64,000 nt of DNA from Rickettsiales bacterium (GCA_037968615.1 JBBKVX010000018.1:8543-72542), one strand, 5' to 3'. Positions 48,970-58,414 are shown, numbered from the stretch's first letter. Notes: a model not told the origin generated them from the sequence alone. Translations and numbers: made by a program.

Positions 48970-49049
48970 TGCCGCATTCATTCAACGACAATTTTAACTA
49001 TTATGGTTTTGTTAAGGTTTTGGTTACCCTCGAAACGACGAAATATCCC

Positions 49050-49130
49050 TGTCATCCCCACGAAGGCGGGGATCCACGCCGTGAAAAGCGCCGTTGGCTT
49101 GGCATGTATTCCCGCCTGCGCGGGAATACA
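49050..49130 (+). repeat. two-hairpin intergenic repeat family 2, copy 2
   Basis: TGTCATCCCCACGAAGGCGGGGATCC...ATTCCCGCCTGCGCGGGAATACA. Same orientation and architecture as the copy at 34226-34307. Lies between the ycgN stop and the ctrA upstream region. Confidence 0.8.
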
Positions 49131-49155
49131 GAAGTGTAAAGGTTGGACTTAAAGC

Positions 49156-49563
49156 TTACTCCCAGTCCGCCTCATCCTCGGAAAGCAGTGTGCCCCTCAT
49201 GCTGGGCCCCACCGTATGCACTCGATTCGGCTTGCCGCAGACAAGCGGGTGCCAGTTGGCCAGCGGTTGGCCGAAAGCGGCGAGGCGGTAGCCGCAGGTG
49301 TGCGGCAGCCAGTTCAGCTCCAACACATTCTCCGGCGTCACCTTCACGCAATCGGCCACGTTCTTCTGCCGGTTCGCGTAATCGGTGCAGGTATGCGAGT
49401 TGAGGCACAGGTATCGGCAGGCCACATTGCTCAGCGCGATTTCGCCTGAATCCTCATCCTCCACCCGTATTTGGCAGCACAGCCCGCAGCCATCGCACAG
49501 CGACTCCCATTCGGAAGGCGTCATCTCGGTCAGCGGTTTGCTAAGGAACTCAGGCTGTTTCAT
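49156..49563 (-). CDS. ycgN: YcgN-like cysteine-cluster protein (UPF0260 / YkgJ zinc-or-iron-chelating domain)
   Basis: Start at the ATG at 49563 ([11 protein letters not shown]...). [12 protein letters not shown] cysteine cluster and HTCGYR motif. Confidence 0.75.
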   Translation of the reverse strand: MKQPEFLSKPLTEMTPSEWESLCDGCGLCCQIRVEDEDSGEIALSNVACRYLCLNSHTCTDYANRQKNVADCVKVTPENVLELNWLPHTCGYRLAAFGQPLANWHPLVCGKPNRVHTVGPSMRGTLLSEDEADWE

Positions 49564-49584
49564 GGGCGCAGTATATCCGGTTTT

Positions 49585-49614
49585 TTGGACAGGGGACAAA
49601 AAATCCGTTATATT
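49585..49614 (+). promoter_or_regulatory. candidate sigma70-type promoter of fliI
   Basis: TTGGAC, an 18-nt spacer, then TATATT. The -10 element ends 6 nt before the fliI ATG (49621) and no SD-like sequence lies between them. Confidence 0.3.
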
Positions 49615-49620
49615 CCTCCC

Positions 49621-50988
49621 ATGTCGAACATGCGCAACCACCTGCTTTCCGAGCTGGATTCGCTGCCCACCCATACGGTGAGCGGTCGGGTGACGGCGGT
49701 GCGGGGGCTTTTGATCGAGGCGGAAGGGATTGAAACGTCGCTCTCTGTTGGCTCACGCTGCTCGGTGCAAGGCACGCTCAGCCGCGACCATCAGGTGCTG
49801 TGCGAAGTGGTCGGTTTCCGCAGCAACGTGGCGCTGCTGATGCCGTTTTCGGCGCTGGAGGGCATTGGCCTCGGCGCCAAAGTGGTGGTGGTGTCGCACG
49901 CCTCGGCGGTGGAACCGTCGGATGCCTGGTTGGGCCGCATCGTCGATGCGATGGGCGACCCGATCGATGGCAAAGGGCCGCTGCCCAAAGGCGGGCTTCC
50001 CTATTTGTTGCGCGGCAACCCGCCCCCGGCGTCGAAACGCCAACGCGTGGCGGGCAAAATGGATCTGGGCGTGCGCGCCCTCAACACCTTCCTCACCTGC
50101 TGCTACGGGCAGCGCATGGGCATTTTCGCAGGCTCGGGCGTGGGTAAATCCATCATGATGTCGATGCTGGCGCGCTACTCGAAATCCGATGTGAACGTGA
50201 TCGGCCTGATCGGTGAACGGGGCCGCGAGGTGCAGGAGTTCATCGAGGACGATCTGGGTGAGGAGGGGCTGAAACGCTCCATCGTGGTGGTCGCCACCAG
50301 CTCCGAATCGGCATTGATGCGGCGGCAGGCAGCTTACACCACCATGGCCATCGCCGAATATTTCCGCGACCAGAAAAAACAGGTGCTGTGCCTGATGGAT
50401 TCGGTGACGCGTTTCGCCATGGCCCAGCGCGAAATCGGCCTCTCGGCGGGCGAGCCGCCCACCACCAAAGGCTACACCCCCACCGTGTTCTCCGAGCTGC
50501 CGAAGCTGCTGGAACGCGCAGGCCCCGGCCTCGTCGGCTCGGGCAACATCACGGCGCTGCTGGCGGTGCTGGTGGAGGGCGACGACACCAACGAGCCCAT
50601 CGCCGATGCAGTGCGCGGCATCATCGACGGCCACATCGTGATGGACCGCGACATCGCCGCACGTGGCCGCTACCCGGCCATCAATATTTTGAAATCCGTG
50701 TCGCGGATGCTGCCGGACTGTAACTCCGAATCCGAGAACCAATTGGTGCTGCTGGCCCGGCGCTTTATGGCCACCTACGAGAACATGGCCGAGCTGATCC
50801 GCCTCGGCGCGTACCGTCGCGGCACCGACCCGGAAGTGGATCGCTCGATGCAGTTCCATCCGCAGCTCGAAGCATTCCTCAGCCAGCGCGAACATGAATC
50901 CACCAGCCTCGCCGAAGGCTACGATATCCTCGCCAAAGTGATGGGCGTGGAGCCGCCGACACCACCTGAGCCGAAGGTGAAAGCATGA
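49621..50988 (+). CDS. fliI: flagellum-specific ATP synthase FliI
   Basis: Start at the ATG at 49621. [17 protein letters not shown]-domain and Walker A GSGVGKS. T3SS ATPase motifs throughout. Confidence 0.9.
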   Translation: MSNMRNHLLSELDSLPTHTVSGRVTAVRGLLIEAEGIETSLSVGSRCSVQGTLSRDHQVLCEVVGFRSNVALLMPFSALEGIGLGAKVVVVSHASAVEPSDAWLGRIVDAMGDPIDGKGPLPKGGLPYLLRGNPPPASKRQRVAGKMDLGVRALNTFLTCCYGQRMGIFAGSGVGKSIMMSMLARYSKSDVNVIGLIGERGREVQEFIEDDLGEEGLKRSIVVVATSSESALMRRQAAYTTMAIAEYFRDQKKQVLCLMDSVTRFAMAQREIGLSAGEPPTTKGYTPTVFSELPKLLERAGPGLVGSGNITALLAVLVEGDDTNEPIADAVRGIIDGHIVMDRDIAARGRYPAINILKSVSRMLPDCNSESENQLVLLARRFMATYENMAELIRLGAYRRGTDPEVDRSMQFHPQLEAFLSQREHESTSLAEGYDILAKVMGVEPPTPPEPKVKA

Positions 50989-51404
50989 AATCCATCAAGA
51001 CCATCCTGCGCGTGAAGCAGCGTGAGGTCGATGCGCTGAAGCGGCATCAGGCGACGCTGGAAAACCACCGCGAGCTGATGCATCAGGCGCTGGAGAAGCT
51101 GGCCGACGCGCTGGTGAAGGAAATGAAGACCGCCGAGACCATGCCGGAAATGGCGCATTTCTTTGGCGATTTCGCCGCGCATATCAAACGCCGGCAGGAA
51201 GACATCCATGTGCAAATGCGCAAGCTGGAGGTGGAGCTGAACAAGCTGACCGAACAGATCCGCGAACGTTTCAGCGAAATGAAGAAGTTCGAGCTGGCGC
51301 TGAAAGCCTACGAAAAACGCGAGGCCGACAAGGCGCGTGCCCGCGAACAACAGGAGATGGACGAAATCGCCATCCGGGGGTATATTAGAAAACATGTTGT
51401 TTAA
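50985..51404 (+). CDS. fliJ: flagellar export chaperone-like protein FliJ
   Basis: 139-aa all-helical coiled-coil ORF overlapping the fliI stop by 4 nt. C-terminal [10 protein letters not shown] is typical of FliJ. Confidence 0.65.
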   Translation: MKSIKTILRVKQREVDALKRHQATLENHRELMHQALEKLADALVKEMKTAETMPEMAHFFGDFAAHIKRRQEDIHVQMRKLEVELNKLTEQIRERFSEMKKFELALKAYEKREADKARAREQQEMDEIAIRGYIRKHVV

Positions 51405-51945
51405 CCGTTCATGCTTCGCCCTGCTGGGCACCGCGTTGCTGCTCTCGGCCTGTATGGTTCAAAGCAGCATCCAGGGCCGTTATGTCGAGAAACAATCCGA
51501 CTGCCGCAGCGAAGCGGAAGATCGGATGGAGCAATCGCGCGACACGCAAACCATGTCGGCCAAACGGCGCAACGCAGAACTGGTTGATCGATTTTCGGCC
51601 TGCATGATCAAAGCCGGGTGGCACGTGGCGCGCCCCGTGAGGAATCCGCCTCTGGTCGTGGGTGGCGGGCCTGCACAGCCTTTGCCGGGCCAACCGTCGG
51701 ACGTCATCACCGCCGCATCGCCGGCAAAAGTGTCTTCGCCCCCGAACAAGCCGGTGAAGACCGAAACTAACCTCCTGCAGCCCGGCCCAGGCCAGCCCGC
51801 ATTAAGCCAACCCGCCAACTCGGCGTTGCCGACCGGTGGCGCAGGGGCGGGCACGAGCACTGTCCAGCAGCCCGCCGCATACCAGCGCACGTATGCGCCG
51901 GATGTGGGCAGCACCGTGACGCCGATGCCGGGTCGGAAATTCTAA
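51394..51945 (+). CDS. hypothetical lipoprotein with Pro/Gln-rich C-terminal half
   Basis: The ATG at 51394 overlaps the fliJ 3' end by 11 nt. Signal peptide with lipobox LLSAC|M. No family recognised. Confidence 0.5.
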   Translation: MLFNRSCFALLGTALLLSACMVQSSIQGRYVEKQSDCRSEAEDRMEQSRDTQTMSAKRRNAELVDRFSACMIKAGWHVARPVRNPPLVVGGGPAQPLPGQPSDVITAASPAKVSSPPNKPVKTETNLLQPGPGQPALSQPANSALPTGGAGAGTSTVQQPAAYQRTYAPDVGSTVTPMPGRKF

Positions 51946-51954
51946 GCGAATTGG

Positions 51955-52707
51955 TTAGCCAAGGAAATAGGTGACGTTCGTCACCACACGCACTTTTTTC
52001 ACCACGCTGGTTTCGGCTTCGCAGGCGGCACCGCCGCCGCCTTCGGCTTCGGAACCATCGCGCGCGCTGATCGAGAAATAGCCCTGCGTAGCGGTTTTAA
52101 TGGCGCCCACTTCCACACCCGAATCCTGCGCGAATTGCTCGGCGGCGCGGCGGGCGTCCTTCGTGGCTTCGGCGATCATGGCGGGCTTGATGCCGTCCAG
52201 CCCGGTGAACACCAAGCGCAAGTCGCAGCCGTATTGGTCGGGCGCACCCAGCACCACGCCGGAATCGCGCACCACATCGCCAATGCTGCGCGCGGCTGCC
52301 TGCACCGCATCGATGTTGGTGCTGCGGATTTTTAGTTGCGTGGAGAGGATGTAGCGCGGGCCGTTCTCGCCATTGTTATTGTATTGGTTGGCTTGGCGGT
52401 CGGTGATCTTCAGCGCGTCTTGCGAAATCTCGTCGGCTTTCAATCCGGCGTTGGTAAGGTAGTTCGCCAGCACGCCCGCTTGCGATTGCAATTCTTTCTG
52501 CGTGGTAGCGAGGTCGGAGCCGGTCACGGTGTAGCCAAGGTTCCACAGCGCGAGGTCGCTGGTCACTTCGCGTTCCGAAAGGCCTTTCACCGCCACGATG
52601 CGCTCGGATTGTTTCATGCCCAGCAGCCCCTGCGCCACGAACAGCCCGGCAAGGGCGATGCCCACGGCGACGATGATGGAGACGAGGATGCTGGTGCGTG
52701 GCTGCAT
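51955..52707 (-). CDS. SIMPL-domain (DUF541, BP26-like) periplasmic protein
   Basis: N-terminal TM/signal anchor followed by RIVAVKGLSEREVTSDLALWNLGY, typical of the SIMPL family. Confidence 0.7.
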   Translation of the reverse strand: MQPRTSILVSIIVAVGIALAGLFVAQGLLGMKQSERIVAVKGLSEREVTSDLALWNLGYTVTGSDLATTQKELQSQAGVLANYLTNAGLKADEISQDALKITDRQANQYNNNGENGPRYILSTQLKIRSTNIDAVQAAARSIGDVVRDSGVVLGAPDQYGCDLRLVFTGLDGIKPAMIAEATKDARRAAEQFAQDSGVEVGAIKTATQGYFSISARDGSEAEGGGGAACEAETSVVKKVRVVTNVTYFLG

Positions 52708-52716
52708 GGAAAACTC

Positions 52717-53292
52717 CTACGGATAAAGAAGGGAATGCACCCACGCGTTTCCGTCGCGGGTGTAGAGGTCGCGGACATGCAGGCGCGCATCGCGCTGCTG
52801 CCAGAATTCGATGCGCTCGGGCACTACACGCCAGCCACCCCAGAAGGGAGGGCGCGTGATGGGTCGGCCTTCATGCGATTCGGTAAAATCGGCGAGTTGC
52901 GCCTCGAAATTCCCGCGTGCGCCCATGGTTTGCGATTGCCGCGACACCCACGCACCAATTTGTTTTTCGCGCGGGCGAGAGGCGAAATACGCGTCCGACT
53001 CTTCGGCGCTGGCGGGCACGACGGTGCCTTCAACCCGCACCTGTTTGTCGAGCGGCATCCAATAAAACATCAAGGCCGCGCGCTGCGTCGCCCGAAGTTC
53101 CCGGCTCTTGCGGCTTTCGAGGTTGGTGTAGAACAGGAACCCGTCCGCGTCGCAATTTTTCAGCAGCACGATACGCGCCGAGGGTGCGCCCTCGGGCGTG
53201 GCGGTGGCCAGCGTCATGGCGGTGGGCTCGGCGATGGAAGGGTGCTGCTTCGCATCCGTCAGCCATTGGTTGAATTGTTCGATGGGGTTCAT
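52717..53292 (-). CDS. pdxH: pyridoxamine 5'-phosphate oxidase
   Basis: ARIVLLKNCDADGFLFYTNLESRK and IEFWQQRDARLHVR motifs. Confidence 0.9.
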   Translation of the reverse strand: MNPIEQFNQWLTDAKQHPSIAEPTAMTLATATPEGAPSARIVLLKNCDADGFLFYTNLESRKSRELRATQRAALMFYWMPLDKQVRVEGTVVPASAEESDAYFASRPREKQIGAWVSRQSQTMGARGNFEAQLADFTESHEGRPITRPPFWGGWRVVPERIEFWQQRDARLHVRDLYTRDGNAWVHSLLYP

Positions 53293-53365
53293 AGGCTCTC
53301 TTTAATCCCGCGCGCGGCGCGATGCAATGCTCGCTTTTTTATACGCGTTGGGGCAGAAGCGAACC

Positions 53366-54616
53366 ATGCGTATCTTACTCTGGACTGTTGCCCTGCTCTC
53401 GGTCGCCGCGCTGGTGGTCTGGATCAGCTTCGACCGCATCGCGGTGCGAGGCATCGACTACGCGTTGGAAAAACAGGGCATCCCCGTAAAATCTTACCGC
53501 ATCGTGTCGCTCAGCCGCAGCCATGTGGTGTTCAAGGACGTGGCGCTCGGCGACCATGGCGAGGTCACAGCGGCGCAGGTGGATCTGCGCATCGGCTGGA
53601 ACGGCAACAAGGCGGAAACCTTCGATCTGCAACTGGGCGACGCCGACATCATGGCCACGCTCACTGGTGGTAAGCTCTCGCTCGATGGGATCGAGCGCGT
53701 GTGGCATCAGGAGCCGTTGGCGCCCAGCAAAGACACCATCAACCTGCGCGCCGTGGGCGACGTGACGCTGCATTACGCGATGGGCGGAGAAGCAAAAATG
53801 CAGGCCAACGCCGTCACCCTTACCGCCTCGCGTGACGCGCAGGATCTGGTGCTGCCGTTGCTGCTCGACGGCACCGCCGAAGGGAATATGAAAAAAACAC
53901 TCACTTACACAGGCACGCTGGTCAGCGAGAAGAAGCAATTGAATGGTCGCTTTAGCGGCAGCTACGACATGGCGGGCGCGAAGGGCAGCACGCAATGGAG
54001 CGTCGAGCCCATCCGTTTCACACCGGGCGGGTTCACCTTCCATCAACTGTCGCCTTTCTACGCCAGCGAGGTGCCGACCTTCCCCATGAGGCTGAGCGCC
54101 AAAGGCGTGCTCACCCTGGCCAAAGGCAGCTGGTCGCTCACGCCGCAGCTTACCTTCCATGAACTGCCGCTCGAGACCCTGCTGGCCTCAGTGCTGGGCG
54201 AGGACGCGAAAGTGAACGGCATCGTTACGGGCGGTATTCCGCTTACGGTCACGCCGAACAACTGGCGCATCAAACCTGCCAGCCTGAGCAACAAGGGCGG
54301 ACTGACCATTGCTGTGTCGCCGGTCGGCCGCGCGGCGGATATGCTGCAGACCCACCCGCAATCGCAGGTCGTGTTGGCGGCGTTGGGGAATTTCCATGTC
54401 GACGAAATGTCGCTCAATGCCAAAAGCACCGACGACCATGGCGGCATGAGCCTGAAATGGCATTTTTTGGGCGCCAATCCCGAGCTGTATGGCGGCAAGA
54501 AAATAGATTTCACCCTTGCTGTGAACGCCAATTTGGAGGATATATGGATCAGCGCCACACAGGCAGAGAAACTCGCCCAAAAGGCGCAAGGCAACGCACA
54601 GGGAGCGAAACAATGA
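53366..54616 (+). CDS. ydbH: YdbH-like (AsmA-like family) membrane-anchored protein, short form
   Basis: N-terminal TM (MRILLWTVALLSVAALVVWISF) and a beta-rich body. The C-terminal segment (LKWHFLGANPELYGGKKIDFTLAVNANLEDI) resembles the YdbH C-terminus. Followed by ynbE and ydbL homologs as in E. coli. Confidence 0.55.
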   Translation: MRILLWTVALLSVAALVVWISFDRIAVRGIDYALEKQGIPVKSYRIVSLSRSHVVFKDVALGDHGEVTAAQVDLRIGWNGNKAETFDLQLGDADIMATLTGGKLSLDGIERVWHQEPLAPSKDTINLRAVGDVTLHYAMGGEAKMQANAVTLTASRDAQDLVLPLLLDGTAEGNMKKTLTYTGTLVSEKKQLNGRFSGSYDMAGAKGSTQWSVEPIRFTPGGFTFHQLSPFYASEVPTFPMRLSAKGVLTLAKGSWSLTPQLTFHELPLETLLASVLGEDAKVNGIVTGGIPLTVTPNNWRIKPASLSNKGGLTIAVSPVGRAADMLQTHPQSQVVLAALGNFHVDEMSLNAKSTDDHGGMSLKWHFLGANPELYGGKKIDFTLAVNANLEDIWISATQAEKLAQKAQGNAQGAKQ

Positions 54617-54801
54617 AACCCATGGTTCTTGGCATGTTGGCCCTGTTGGCGCTTGGCGCCTGCACCCCCACTGTGAAAGTGGAAGCGCCCGACAAACCCA
54701 TCGTTATCAACCTCAACGTGAACATCTCGCACGAGATCCGCGTCAAGGTCGATAAGGACCTCGAAAAATCCGTCTTCTCCGATAAATCCGACCTGTTCTA
54801 G
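54613..54801 (+). CDS. ynbE: YnbE-family small lipoprotein
   Basis: 62 aa with an ATGA overlap with the upstream stop. Lipobox LALGAC|T, then PTVKVEAPDKPIVINLNVNISHEIRVKVDKDLE, typical of YnbE. Confidence 0.7.
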   Translation: MKPMVLGMLALLALGACTPTVKVEAPDKPIVINLNVNISHEIRVKVDKDLEKSVFSDKSDLF

Positions 54802-54809
54802 GAGGCACT

Positions 54810-55133
54810 ATGCGTACCAAAATTTTAAGCCTGGCAGTTGCCATGATCATGCTGCCGCACATGGCGTTCGCCTTGTCGCTCAACGAAGCGAAATCGGGTG
54901 GCCTGGTGGGTGAAACGCCCAGTGGCTATCTCGCTGCCGTGCAGCCGAGCGGCGAAGTGAACGCGCTGGTCAGCTCGATCAACAGCCAGCGCCGCGCCGA
55001 GTACGAGCGCATCGCTAAACAGAACGGCCAACCGCGCAGCGTCATCGAGTCACTCGCCGCGAAAAAAGCCTACGAGATGACGCCCGCCGGGCAGCAGCTG
55101 CAAGGCGCGGACGGAAACTGGAAACGTAAATAA
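54810..55133 (+). CDS. ydbL: YdbL-family periplasmic protein (DUF1318)
   Basis: 107 aa with a signal peptide. LNEAKSGGLVGETPSGYL...INSQRRAEYERIA matches DUF1318. Confidence 0.75.
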   Translation: MRTKILSLAVAMIMLPHMAFALSLNEAKSGGLVGETPSGYLAAVQPSGEVNALVSSINSQRRAEYERIAKQNGQPRSVIESLAAKKAYEMTPAGQQLQGADGNWKRK

Positions 55134-55855
55134 TGCGCCCAAACGTCGTCAGCCTGCGGCAATTCTATTCCTCGCGGCTGGGGCGGAAAGTGAAGCAACG
55201 TTTGCGTCAGTTGGTCATGGAGCAATGGCCCGACCACGCACAGGAAGCCATCGTAGGTATTGGTTATGCGCTGCCGGTTTTGCGGGTGTTGGAACGCGCC
55301 AAGCCCGCCTCGCTGGTGGCGTTGATGCCCGCCAACCAAGGCGCCATTTACTGGCCCGTGCATAGCGAGAACCATTCGGTGCTGGGCGACGAAATGATGC
55401 CCCCCTTTGCTGCGGGCACCGTGCATCGCGTGGTGATGCTGCATGCGTTCGAGCATGTGGCGCAGCCCAAAGAATTGCTGCAGGTCTATTGGCAAATGCT
55501 GGTGCCCGGTGGGCGTTTGCTGCTCATCGTGCCGAACCGCCGCAGCTACTGGGCCAGTTTCGGCACCACGCCGTTCGCGCGCGGCACGCCCTACAGCATG
55601 AGCCAAATAAAAGAGCTGTTGGCCGACGCGCAGTTCACTTTGCGCGACCACCATACGGCGCTGTTCGCGCCGCCCACGTCGCATCCGATGTGGCTGCGCG
55701 CATGGCGCAGTTTGGAAAGCCTCGGTCGCGCGTTAGCGCCGGGCATGGGTGGTGTGCTGATTATCGATGCCGAGAAACAAATCTACGCCAGCATCCCCGA
55801 ACCCGTCGCCAAAGCGAAATGGGTGCGTGCCGTCGCTCCCGCCACGGCCGTGTAG
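55133..55855 (+). CDS. class I SAM-dependent methyltransferase-like protein
   Basis: 240 aa. Methyltransf_11-like core (VHRVVMLHAFEHVAQPKELLQVYWQMLVPGGRLLLIVPN). The start overlaps the ydbL stop by 1 nt. Confidence 0.6.
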   Translation: MRPNVVSLRQFYSSRLGRKVKQRLRQLVMEQWPDHAQEAIVGIGYALPVLRVLERAKPASLVALMPANQGAIYWPVHSENHSVLGDEMMPPFAAGTVHRVVMLHAFEHVAQPKELLQVYWQMLVPGGRLLLIVPNRRSYWASFGTTPFARGTPYSMSQIKELLADAQFTLRDHHTALFAPPTSHPMWLRAWRSLESLGRALAPGMGGVLIIDAEKQIYASIPEPVAKAKWVRAVAPATAV

Positions 55856-56476
55856 CTACTCGTACTTAACGAAGCACCCGTATGGCTGCGTAGAGGTGAC
55901 CGCCACTTTCTTATCTTCCGTCAACGCTTGCAACGCGCGCGTGACGTAGTTCTTGGCGGTGGCGATGTCGGCCGAATCGGCGGTGGGGGTGTTGTCGATC
56001 GCGCCCATGTAAGCAAGCGTGCCTTTGGTATCGATCACGAACATATGCGGCGTGGTTTTCGCACCATAGAGTTTGCCGATCTCGCCCGATGCATCGCGCA
56101 GGTAATAGGTGGGGTGCGCGTTGCGGTCGGTGAGGGCGTCAACGGCTTCGGCATCCGTTTCGTAATAGCCTTGTTTGCCCTTGGCTGCAGAGTTGATGGA
56201 CAGCCACACCACGCCTTTGCCAGTGGCGTTCTCCTGCAGCTTCTGCATGGCGCCGACGGAATAGAATTTCTTCACGAACGGGCAGTAAGGGTTGTTCCAT
56301 TCCAGCACCACCAGCTTGCCTTTAAAATCACTGAGCGAGATTTCTTTGCCGCTGATGGCGTCGATGCCGGTGAAATCGGGCGCGGGGGCGTCGATGTTAA
56401 CAGCCGCAAGCGCGGCGCTGGAGAAAAGGATGGTGGCGCATAACAGCCCCACGTGGCGTGCAACGTGACGAATCAT
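55856..56476 (-). CDS. exported thioredoxin-fold / peroxiredoxin-like protein
   Basis: Signal peptide, then an AhpC/TSA-like entry APAPDFTGIDAISGKEISLSDFKGKLVVLEWNNPYCPFV. A second Cys lies in the C-terminal PYGCFVKY. Confidence 0.65.
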   Translation of the reverse strand: MIRHVARHVGLLCATILFSSAALAAVNIDAPAPDFTGIDAISGKEISLSDFKGKLVVLEWNNPYCPFVKKFYSVGAMQKLQENATGKGVVWLSINSAAKGKQGYYETDAEAVDALTDRNAHPTYYLRDASGEIGKLYGAKTTPHMFVIDTKGTLAYMGAIDNTPTADSADIATAKNYVTRALQALTEDKKVAVTSTQPYGCFVKYE

Positions 56477-56548
56477 AAATACTCCCTGCCTGTTTTTATT
56501 ATTGCAGTGAGCGTACCGGGGTGGGGTAAAATGCCAAGGGTAAAATTG

Positions 56549-58414
56549 TTACCTGTTTGTCATGTTCCCGCTCAGCGTGTCCAGCACAAGCGAAGGTGTC
56601 AGCACTTGGGGCAGGACAACTGGCGATGCACCCGGCGCGTAATACACATAGATCGGCACGCCGTTTCGCCCAAAGGTTGCAAGGTAAGTGGCGATGGCTT
56701 CGTCGCGCGCTGTCCAGTCGGCGATCATCAGCGTGGTGCCGGATGCGGCAAAAGCGCGTTGCACTTTCTCGGGGCGAAGAGCCACCCGCTCGTTCACTTT
56801 GCAGGTGAGGCACCAAGCGGCGGTGGCATCGACGAATACGGGCTTGCCCTGCGCGCGCAATTCCGTGAGGGCAGCTTCGCTGTACGCCACGGGGGTGATG
56901 AGCGTGTAGCCGTCCTGTTTCATCGGCGTGGGGTAGAGCAATTGCGACAGCACATAGAACAGCCACAGCGCGGTGGCCGCCATGGGTATGGCCAGCAGTT
57001 TGCGGAACGTGTTCATCCAATGGCCGGGCTTCGGCAGCAGGCGGCGTGCGGCGGGCCACAGGCTGATGAGTAGGAACGGCGAGGCCATGCCCAGTCCCAT
57101 GGTGGCGAACACCAGCAGCGAGGTGAGGGCAGGAAGCGCCAACGTGGCGCCCACGGCGGTGGCCATGAACGGTGCGGTGCAGGGCGTGGCCACGGCCACG
57201 GCCAGCACGCCGGTAAGGAACGTGCCGCGCGTGCCTTCATGCGCCACCATGAAACCGCCAAGCACTGGCGGCAGGTGGAACACGCCCAGCATGTTGAGGC
57301 TCACCAGTGTCATCAACAGTGCGAGCACGCCGACCGTGGCGGGCGATTGCAGATGGAAGCCCCAGCCCACCGCTTCGCCGGAAGCTTTCAGCCCCAGCAT
57401 CAGGGCGGCGATGAGCACGAAACTCAACACCACACCAAGGGTATACGCGAAGCCCTGAAGCCGTGCCGCGCGCGGTGAGGCGTCGGCCTTCTTCACCAGC
57501 GCCAATGCTTTCAGCGACAGGATGGGCAGCACGCAGGGCATGATGTTCAGCAGCAACCCGCCGGCAAAGGCGAGCCCAAGAATGATAAGCAACGGTAGCG
57601 GCACGCTGGGAGCGGTGAGCGGGGCCATGCTGTGTTCGGCTTCGATGCGGTAGGCGATGGGGTCTTTGCCCGACCAGTGCAGCCAGACCACGCCGTTCCA
57701 CACGGGCGGCAGATCGGCGCTGCCGCGCGTCAGTGTCAGGGTGATGCTATTGTTGGTGCTGGTGAGTTCCGCTGGGGAATTGTTCTGTATGATGCCGTCT
57801 TCCAGCTGGATGAACTCGGCTTTCTGCGGCGCGCCCCACAAGCCGCTTGGCGTGAGGGTAAGCTGTACCTGCGTGTTGCTGGCGGCGTAGCTGGCTTTGC
57901 CGGGGAACTCCAGCGGGGCTTGCGCGCGTGCCGTGTCGATGGCCGCTGCGTCGCCGCCTTGGGGCAGCGTGGCGGTCAGCGTTGCCGATTCAGGAATGCA
58001 GATGTCGTGGCAGACCAGCCAGTCGGTTTTCACCGTGAGGTCACCCGTCACGCCATCGGCGGTGATGTGCAGCGGCACGGGCAATGTCACCTGCTGGCTG
58101 TAGCCGTAATTCACCATGTCGCCGAGCGGTTGGCGATGCGGTGCGGGCCATTGGATGTCGCCAGCGGTTACGCCCTCGGGCGCCGTCCATTCCATGGTGG
58201 TGGGAATGCCGGAATCGCCCGGGTTCTGCCAGTAGATATGCCATTGGTCGGGGATGGTGTAACGCACCGCGGCCCACACCGTGTCGCCGGATTTCAGCTC
58301 GGTGGCGTCCATCAGCAATTCGGCGTTCACCATGGCGGAGGGAGTGGATTCCTGTGCCGCAATGGGTGCAGCATAAAGCGCAAACAATGCCGCAAAAAGG
58401 AATCTAGTTCGCAT
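56549..58414 (-). CDS. DsbD/ScsB-family thiol:disulfide electron transporter
   Basis: Start at the ATG at 58414 with a signal peptide. Long (~270 aa) N-terminal periplasmic domain with DWLVCHDICIPE. TM core Cys residues (NIMPCVLPIL, ATPCTAPF). C-terminal Trx domain (ATAAWCLTCKVNE). Confidence 0.85.
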   Translation of the reverse strand: MRTRFLFAALFALYAAPIAAQESTPSAMVNAELLMDATELKSGDTVWAAVRYTIPDQWHIYWQNPGDSGIPTTMEWTAPEGVTAGDIQWPAPHRQPLGDMVNYGYSQQVTLPVPLHITADGVTGDLTVKTDWLVCHDICIPESATLTATLPQGGDAAAIDTARAQAPLEFPGKASYAASNTQVQLTLTPSGLWGAPQKAEFIQLEDGIIQNNSPAELTSTNNSITLTLTRGSADLPPVWNGVVWLHWSGKDPIAYRIEAEHSMAPLTAPSVPLPLLIILGLAFAGGLLLNIMPCVLPILSLKALALVKKADASPRAARLQGFAYTLGVVLSFVLIAALMLGLKASGEAVGWGFHLQSPATVGVLALLMTLVSLNMLGVFHLPPVLGGFMVAHEGTRGTFLTGVLAVAVATPCTAPFMATAVGATLALPALTSLLVFATMGLGMASPFLLISLWPAARRLLPKPGHWMNTFRKLLAIPMAATALWLFYVLSQLLYPTPMKQDGYTLITPVAYSEAALTELRAQGKPVFVDATAAWCLTCKVNERVALRPEKVQRAFAASGTTLMIADWTARDEAIATYLATFGRNGVPIYVYYAPGASPVVLPQVLTPSLVLDTLSGNMTNR

